Assembly: GCF_014297275.1 (NCBI RefSeq)
Contig: NZ_JACOQK010000001.1
Span: 1,033,603-1,065,602, forward strand
Source of the DNA: Clostridium facile
GTDB taxonomy: Bacteria > Bacillota > Clostridia > Oscillospirales > Ruminococcaceae
Reading direction: 5' to 3'
DNA: 32,000 nucleotides
The translations under genes were made by a program, and so were the position numbers. The notes under the pieces were generated by a model. That model searched no databases. It had not been told where the DNA came from and worked only from the letters and a program-made list of their open reading frames with translations. How positions within the stretch are numbered: the first letter of the stretch is position 1; each line of letters starts with the position of its first letter. Positions 26,320-32,000 of this stretch are shown piece after piece.

Positions 26320-26718
26320 ATGCGAAAAGCAATACGAGAATTTTTGATTTATGACGCCTTTGTTGCGGTTACTATGATTGCAAGATATTTTGTAGTGAAT
26401 GATATTGAGTGGGGATATTTTTGGCTTTGCGTGGTCTATTTTCCAACTGTTTTTTTGTTTCAACCAGTTTTTGGGTTACTACTGGGATACCGGGCAATAA
26501 AAAAATATAATATCCCCTGCTTGCGGTTTTTAGCGTTAAGCCTGCTGTTCTTTCTGATCAACGGTTTTACATTTTCTATTCTATCCATAGGAAGTGCGTA
26601 CACATATGGATTTATAGATACTTTTTGGAACACCGGTTTGATATATGCGTGCATATTCATTGCGTTTTACTGGTTGTCCTATTTTATTACAAAATTTTAT
26701 TTGAAGTTTTATTTTTAA
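26320..26718 (+). CDS. Hypothetical integral membrane protein (132 aa, about 4 TM helices)
   Basis: GGAGGG RBS, and TATAAT-like GTTATAAT upstream. The sequence is strongly hydrophobic and aromatic-rich. No family recognised. Confidence 0.6.
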   Translation: MRKAIREFLIYDAFVAVTMIARYFVVNDIEWGYFWLCVVYFPTVFLFQPVFGLLLGYRAIKKYNIPCLRFLALSLLFFLINGFTFSILSIGSAYTYGFIDTFWNTGLIYACIFIAFYWLSYFITKFYLKFYF

Positions 26719-26794
26719 AAACTACCACATTAAACTGCGAAATGGACTTATCCAAAAACTTCTACCATTTATTAATATAATAAAAATACGCAAT

Positions 26795-26825
26795 AGAACC
26801 CTCTACCAAAAAAGTAGAGGGTTCT
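26795..26825. terminator. Stem-loop between convergent genes (terminator-like, poor U-tract)
   Basis: A 12-bp perfect stem AGAACCCTCTAC / GTAGAGGGTTCT with a CAAAAAA loop. The flanking T-runs are not immediately adjacent on either strand. Confidence 0.4.
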
Positions 26826-27086
26826 TATAATATGTAAGAGGATTGCAGTAGGTATTCCTTGGTTTCTCCTATAGAGAGAACTATTTTTCGTATTCCTAAA
26901 ATAATAATATGTTTCGGTTTCTATTCGTAGGATCTTTTCTCTACATACCGTTTATCTTTAGCTTACCGAGAAAGGAATATAATTGATACATTTACTAAAT
27001 AGCCTTTTTCCTATAGAATAACATAGCTGCTGTACAATTGCCAAGGGAACGCCAAAACTTTTGATTTGGAAATGCTAATACCAAAT

Positions 27087-29999
27087 TTATTGAAATGGCT
27101 GTTCTATCTGCTGTTTTAAAAAGAGCAGGTTACGCAAACAAGAAAGGGTTTGTGGATCGGATTCCCCCAGCGTATCCCTGAGGATGAAAAAGGAGCGTTC
27201 CAGATAATCCAATGCTTTACAAAGCTTCCTTTGCATAAAGTAGGCATGGCCAATTTCATTGTAATCCACAGCGATTTCCGGATGCAGTTCTCCAAGGATA
27301 TGTTGATGAATCCGTAAGGCTTTTGGGTAAAAGCCAATCGCTTTATCATACAAACATTGGATTTCATATAAATCCCCAATTAAGATATATTCCTCTGCTA
27401 CCTCCATAGATTCTTCCCCAAAAGCCTTCTGGCTGGCACGTAAAGAGTTTTGGTAAGCTTCCAGCGCATTTGAATATTCCTTTTGGAGGCTGTAAAGATG
27501 ACCAATATTATGGAAAAGGGTTGTGATTGCCTGAATATTTTCTTTTGTCTGCCCTTGTTCGATTTGCAGGCATTTTTGATAACACTCCAACGCTTTGGCA
27601 TAATTTTTCTGGCAACTATATAAATAGGCGATTGCGTTATACACCATGGACACGTTAGTATCCTGTTCTCCATACAGGTTCTGGGTTACTTTTAGCGCTT
27701 TCTGATAATATTCCAACGCCTTTGGATATCGTTTCCAATCCTGGTACATTTGAGCAATATTGTTATAGTAGGTGACAATATTGGGATGGTTTTCCCCCAA
27801 CAATTCCAGCTCTATTTCCAGTGCTGTTTGAAAATACCTCACCGCATTTGGATAATCTCCCATACCATAATAGGCTCCACCAATATTGTTATAGATCGTT
27901 GCGGTGGATTTATGAAATCCTTCTGTAAGATTTTGGTCGATTTCCAACGCCTTTTGGTAATACTCCAATGCTGTAGTATATTCTCCTTTTCGATGGTGTA
28001 CCATTCCAATATTCAGATAATTGACAATAATATTGGGATGCTGTTCCCCAAAAACCCTGCGGTTGATTGCTAGCCCTTTTTGATAATATTCTAATGCTAG
28101 TCCTAATTTTTGTTGCCTGCTATAGACACCTCCAATGTTATGGTAACAGGCTGCGGTTTCTGGATGTTCTTCCCCCAGTATCTTCTGGTTGATTTGCAAC
28201 GCTTTCGTATAATATTCTAAAGCGGTTTCATTATCCCCAAAGATAACATAAATCGAACCCATATTATTGTATACCGATGCTGCTGTATGCCCCTTGGAAT
28301 ATTTTTCGTCCAAAGCAATCGCCTTCTGATAATATTCCAATGCTGCGGCATAATCCCCTTTTTCAAAATAAAGCAATCCAATATTTCCATAAATGGAATA
28401 CAGCCGCAGCTCTTCTTTTATTTTTTTCTGATGAATATTCAGTGCTTTATTGTAATATTCCAGTGCAACATCATACTGGCACAGGTATTGGTATACCATA
28501 CCAATATTTTCATACTCTGTAGCAACCTGCAAGCACTCTTCTCCTAAGGTGTTCCGGACAATTTGCAAGGATTTTTGGTAATACGCCAAAGCGTCCATAT
28601 ATTTGCCACAATCGCAGTATACTAGCCCCATACTATTGTAAACAGATGCAGTATACACATCCTCTTTTCCAACTGTTTGGAGAAAAATGTTAAGCGCTTT
28701 CTGATCATATTCCAACGCTTTTGGAAAGTTGGCTCCTTGGCGAAGCAATTCAGCGTACTTGAGGAAAAAATTAGCATATGCCACGTCATCTCCTTCAATC
28801 CGTTTCGCTACAGCGTCTCCAAACTGGGAAATCTCCTGTCTTTGCTGGCAGGTATCGCAGTAGGAACCTAGATAATCGAAAATTGCTTCCAGATAACACC
28901 AGCAGTCCTTGATGTTGGGGGTTAGGTCATTCTCTAGAATATCTGCCATCACAGGATGGAGGGAATAGTGGGTGTTTTCGTTCCGTACCCATCCACGGGC
29001 TACCAACTGTTTCAGTTGGGGTAGTTTGGTTGATTCCATCCCACACCATTTTAGGAACTGCTTCCCGTCCACACCAGTGTAAGGAACCAACAATAAATTC
29101 CTTAACAGATAAATTTGATCCTCCGACAGTTTCTCCCTGCTAATATCAAAAATAGCGCGTAAATGTTGGTACATACTTTTTTGGGATTGCTTTCCGTCCT
29201 TATTCAAGGGGATCACGGTATCCTGATGATCTTTGAGTTTTTCCCTTAGTTCCTCCAGCATTTCCGCCAGGGGGATTTCTTCCTCCCGTATCTGTTTTGC
29301 CAGAAGCTCCACCGTCATGGTGTGTCGATCCACCAGCTGAATCAATTCATCCAGTTGGGCAAGTTCATCCTCTGTAAAATCCGTGCTTCCGTAAGAATGA
29401 AAAAACACCTCCCTAGCCTGTTCCGATTCCAATGGCATCACCTTAACCTGCTGTTTCCCATACTGACTCCAATCATTCCGGGTAGTAAACAACAGATACC
29501 ATCCCATTGATTCCAGATCTTCCATCTCATCGGATTCTGTTTCATTGAAATTATCCACGATGAGTAAAACCCTTTGCTGGGCACACAATTGTTTTATCAC
29601 GGCCTTTTTTTGCAAATAATACTGTTCTAATTCTTCCGCTTTCGCTTTCGCTGGAATAGAAAAACCTCCCAAAGTTATCCCTAGAACAACATCCCGCAAA
29701 CTGGAAGCGTAATTTGCCCATACTACACTACCGTTCCACCGGGTGGCATATTGTTTGGCGAGCTCACTTTTCCCGATGCCGCCTATCCCCCAAAGAAATA
29801 CCGTCCTGCCTTCCTGGAATTTTTGTTCCAGTGTTTCCAACTCCTGTTCCCTGCCAACAAACCCTTCTTTCAGCGGGATGGCTGAGCAGAGGATACTGTA
29901 TTGTTTTTCCCCGTTGGGATGAAGATGGATATTGTATTCCGAAAGGTAGGTTGGCCCCTGGTTTTTCATCTCCTCAATCCGGATTCCGTCCTGTCCCAT
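27087..29999 (-). CDS. STAND NTPase (NB-ARC/AP-ATPase-like P-loop) with a C-terminal array of about 13 TPR repeats (970 aa)
   Basis: A short N-terminal module of about 45 aa is followed by FVGREQELETL, Walker A GIGGIGKSELA, Walker B LLIVDNF and LLFTTRN. Then come 13 copies of a 42-aa TPR unit with a recurring ALEYYQKAL core (about 27120-28760). An AGGAGG RBS lies 5 nt before the ATG and overlaps the stop of the upstream gene. Confidence 0.88.
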   Translation of the reverse strand: MGQDGIRIEEMKNQGPTYLSEYNIHLHPNGEKQYSILCSAIPLKEGFVGREQELETLEQKFQEGRTVFLWGIGGIGKSELAKQYATRWNGSVVWANYASSLRDVVLGITLGGFSIPAKAKAEELEQYYLQKKAVIKQLCAQQRVLLIVDNFNETESDEMEDLESMGWYLLFTTRNDWSQYGKQQVKVMPLESEQAREVFFHSYGSTDFTEDELAQLDELIQLVDRHTMTVELLAKQIREEEIPLAEMLEELREKLKDHQDTVIPLNKDGKQSQKSMYQHLRAIFDISREKLSEDQIYLLRNLLLVPYTGVDGKQFLKWCGMESTKLPQLKQLVARGWVRNENTHYSLHPVMADILENDLTPNIKDCWCYLEAIFDYLGSYCDTCQQRQEISQFGDAVAKRIEGDDVAYANFFLKYAELLRQGANFPKALEYDQKALNIFLQTVGKEDVYTASVYNSMGLVYCDCGKYMDALAYYQKSLQIVRNTLGEECLQVATEYENIGMVYQYLCQYDVALEYYNKALNIHQKKIKEELRLYSIYGNIGLLYFEKGDYAAALEYYQKAIALDEKYSKGHTAASVYNNMGSIYVIFGDNETALEYYTKALQINQKILGEEHPETAACYHNIGGVYSRQQKLGLALEYYQKGLAINRRVFGEQHPNIIVNYLNIGMVHHRKGEYTTALEYYQKALEIDQNLTEGFHKSTATIYNNIGGAYYGMGDYPNAVRYFQTALEIELELLGENHPNIVTYYNNIAQMYQDWKRYPKALEYYQKALKVTQNLYGEQDTNVSMVYNAIAYLYSCQKNYAKALECYQKCLQIEQGQTKENIQAITTLFHNIGHLYSLQKEYSNALEAYQNSLRASQKAFGEESMEVAEEYILIGDLYEIQCLYDKAIGFYPKALRIHQHILGELHPEIAVDYNEIGHAYFMQRKLCKALDYLERSFFILRDTLGESDPQTLSCLRNLLFLKQQIEQPFQ

Positions 30000-30008
30000 A
30001 TAAACCTC

Positions 30009-30341
30009 CTATGATAGGCAAGAAGAAACAATTCCAATTAAATTTTTGATATTCTCTACTAATGTAGGAATTTTATCTGTAATAGCAACGGCGCACCCTA
30101 AACCTTCCACACATTTTTTGAGGATTTCCCATCTTGGCTTGGGCTTCATCAGTTCCGTATGAACAGTATCCACTGTTTCCACAATTGTTTTGGCCTCTTT
30201 CTCCGGAACGGCGGAAAGTTCCTTTTTAATGTTCTGAATAATCTTTTCCAATTCCTCGATTTTCATACTGTCCAAATGAACATAGATATCCCCTTCCGCT
30301 AAATAGGTCGGACCTTTATTTTCCATTTTGTTAATATACAT
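30009..30341 (-). CDS. Small protein (110 aa) co-transcribed with the STAND NTPase and sharing its N-terminal motif
   Basis: The start is moved to the ATG at 30341 (MYINKMENKGPTYLAEGDIYVH...) with AAGGGGGAG 6 nt upstream. The track extension to 30404 contains the promoter. The stop lies 9 nt before the NTPase ATG. The remainder is predicted helical, and no family is recognised. Confidence 0.7.
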   Translation of the reverse strand: MYINKMENKGPTYLAEGDIYVHLDSMKIEELEKIIQNIKKELSAVPEKEAKTIVETVDTVHTELMKPKPRWEILKKCVEGLGCAVAITDKIPTLVENIKNLIGIVSSCLS

Positions 30342-30372
30342 TCTAGCTCCCCCTTGTCCTGATTTTATCCAT

Positions 30373-30401
30373 ATTATACAACATGAATGGTTATAATACA
30401 A
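30373..30401 (-). promoter_or_regulatory. Sigma-A-type promoter of the small-protein/STAND operon
   Basis: On the minus strand: TTGTAT (30401-30396), 17 nt, TATAAT (30378-30373). This lies about 30 nt upstream of the RBS. Confidence 0.55.
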
Positions 30402-30604
30402 CAACTTTGTCTTATTTTTCCAACTTCTATCCCGAATAGTTGCTATAAATTTCTAATTGCATTTTGCTCTATGGTTTTTTGATAGATATTTTGACCTGTT
30501 CTAAATAAGGATACTACTTTTGGAAACTGCCGGATATAATAAAAATAGCATCCCAAAAAAGGATGCTATTTTTATGCTATATTGTCAGAGACTGTTTTTA
30601 AAAA

Positions 30605-32000
30605 TTATAGGCTATAGTATTCCATAAATCTCATAATCATCGTTGCTCCGGCCGCTCTTCCTGTTTGCCCTTGTGGGTCAATGACTGGCTGGTTGTTTTG
30701 CCCTTTGATGATACCGCAGCCCAGTGCCCATTCCATTGCTTCTTTGGAGAATGTACTTACCTGATTTCCGTCTTCATAATTGCCAATCGATGTTTTTTGG
30801 CTGGTGTCCAATCCTTTATACTGGGCGTATCGGTATAACATGGTTACAAACTGTTCTCTGGTAATCAATACCCCTACCCCAAATTCATTTGTATCCTGGT
30901 AGCCTGTTGTTATCCCAACTTGTTTTGCCCACAATACCGCATTCGTAAAATAAGCATTATCTGGTACATCTGAAAATATAGGCTCATAACTTATAGCTGG
31001 TTCCCCTTCCAAACGGTACAAGATGGTTACCAGATGGTCACGGGCCATACTTTCATTTGGTCCAAAAGTGGTCTCGTTAAACCCTGTCATTATGCCACGG
31101 TCATAGGTAAACCTTACAGCATCGTAACACCAATCATTTACAGAAACATCATTATATGGCAGGTCAATAGAAATAAAATCAATGCCTCTTTCTATTGCGA
31201 GTTTTTCTGCTGGACTACCAGATAATCCATAAATAGTTGATAAATTACTACATTCTTTAAATTCATTTTCTCCAATTATCGTATTTCCATTAAATTTAAC
31301 AGTCTTTAAATTATTACAACCATAAAATACACCATTAATAGATTGAATACTATTAGGTATAGTAAAAAACGTTAATCCATAGCATTCACGAAAAGCATTT
31401 GGTTCAATAGTAAGAATACTTTCTGATAATGACACAGATTTTAACCTATAACATTTTTCAAATGCAGAATTTCCAATTGTTTCTAAACCTTGTGGAAATT
31501 CAATGGACGATAAAGATATACAGTTTTTAAACGCACAATCACCAATCTTTTTTAAATTACATGGTAAATTAATATATTCCAAACTGGAACATCCAAAAAA
31601 GGCATATTCCCCCAAAATTTTAACAGTATCAGGAATTGAAATTGAAGTTATATTTTTGCATTCTCCAAAAGCATAACTAGAAATTTTAGTAATTCCATTA
31701 GGAATATTAATATCGCCAGATGCATTACCTGTTCCAAATAAAACTGTATTCAAAATAATATATGGATTTTCAATTCCCCATGGTGTATTTGTAAACGCTT
31801 GCAATTCAATTTTTTCAATAGTAGATGGAATATCTACATATACTAAATTAGAACAATTAACAAAGGCACCACTACCTATCGATTTAACATTACTTGGTAT
31901 ATCTATAGATTTTAAATTATTACAATAAGAAAAAGAACCAGATTGTATGTTAGTTAACTTTTTGGGCAGTGATATTGATTCAAAAGAACATCCGCTAAAA
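30605..32000 (-). CDS. Surface protein with BspA-type leucine-rich repeats and three C-terminal SLH domains; the N-terminus runs off the right edge
   Basis: Repeating units (IP.SV..IG..AF..C..L..I) run through 31230-32000. The frame stays open to the window end, so the TTG at 31804 in the track is not the real start. The C-terminal part has SLH-type segments (DVSVNDWCYDAVRFTYDRGIMTG, FSDVPDNAYFTNAVLWAKQVGITTG, KEAMEWALGCGIIKG). Confidence 0.85.
   Translation of the reverse strand, partial: FSGCSFESISLPKKLTNIQSGSFSYCNNLKSIDIPSNVKSIGSGAFVNCSNLVYVDIPSTIEKIELQAFTNTPWGIENPYIILNTVLFGTGNASGDINIPNGITKISSYAFGECKNITSISIPDTVKILGEYAFFGCSSLEYINLPCNLKKIGDCAFKNCISLSSIEFPQGLETIGNSAFEKCYRLKSVSLSESILTIEPNAFRECYGLTFFTIPNSIQSINGVFYGCNNLKTVKFNGNTIIGENEFKECSNLSTIYGLSGSPAEKLAIERGIDFISIDLPYNDVSVNDWCYDAVRFTYDRGIMTGFNETTFGPNESMARDHLVTILYRLEGEPAISYEPIFSDVPDNAYFTNAVLWAKQVGITTGYQDTNEFGVGVLITREQFVTMLYRYAQYKGLDTSQKTSIGNYEDGNQVSTFSKEAMEWALGCGIIKGQNNQPVIDPQGQTGRAAGATMIMRFMEYYSL

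Noticed and set aside
30342-30404. 21-aa N-terminal extension of the small STAND-partner protein (MLYYNHSCCIIWIKSGQGGAR)
   Set aside because: The extension contains the TTGTAT-17-TATAAT promoter and the AAGGGGGAG RBS that serve the ATG at 30341.

Overview
This looks like a chromosomal segment from a low-GC, Gram-positive, spore-forming Clostridia-like bacterium, judging by AGGAGG ribosome-binding sites, a spoIVFA/spoIVFB pair, SLH domains and a sortase-type anchor.

Left part (1-16.8 kb):
- a truncated serine recombinase at the window edge
- a DtxR/MntR-type repressor and a polysaccharide deacetylase
- a 1351-aa secreted, wall-anchored glycosidase-like protein
- a DUF421 membrane protein and an LtaS-family transferase
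- PcrA helicase, a metallophosphoesterase, and an M23 peptidase plus SpoIVFB-type site-2 protease operon

Centre (16.9-26.0 kb): a complete type I-C CRISPR-Cas locus on the minus strand. It comprises cas3, then cas5c-cas8c(with internal cas11c)-cas7-cas4-cas1-cas2, then a leader and a 12-repeat array.

Most interesting signal: the unusually long 221-bp cas3-cas5 gap carries a solitary truncated CRISPR repeat on the opposite strand.
- It has its own extended -10 promoter and an intrinsic terminator.
- It is followed by a pseudo-spacer whose first 10 nt (15 of the first 17) match a T-rich-PAM-flanked site overlapping the -10 box of the cas5 operon promoter.
- This is the architecture of a crRNA-mimic (CreR/CreA-like) Cascade autorepression circuit.

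Right part (26-32 kb):
- a small membrane protein
- a two-gene operon of a 110-aa protein plus a 970-aa NB-ARC/STAND NTPase with about 13 TPR repeats; the two share a short conserved N-terminal motif, making this a candidate defence module next to the CRISPR locus
- a BspA-type LRR/SLH surface protein running off the right edge

All calls rest on reading the sequence and the ORF track by eye. No database search or computation was possible.
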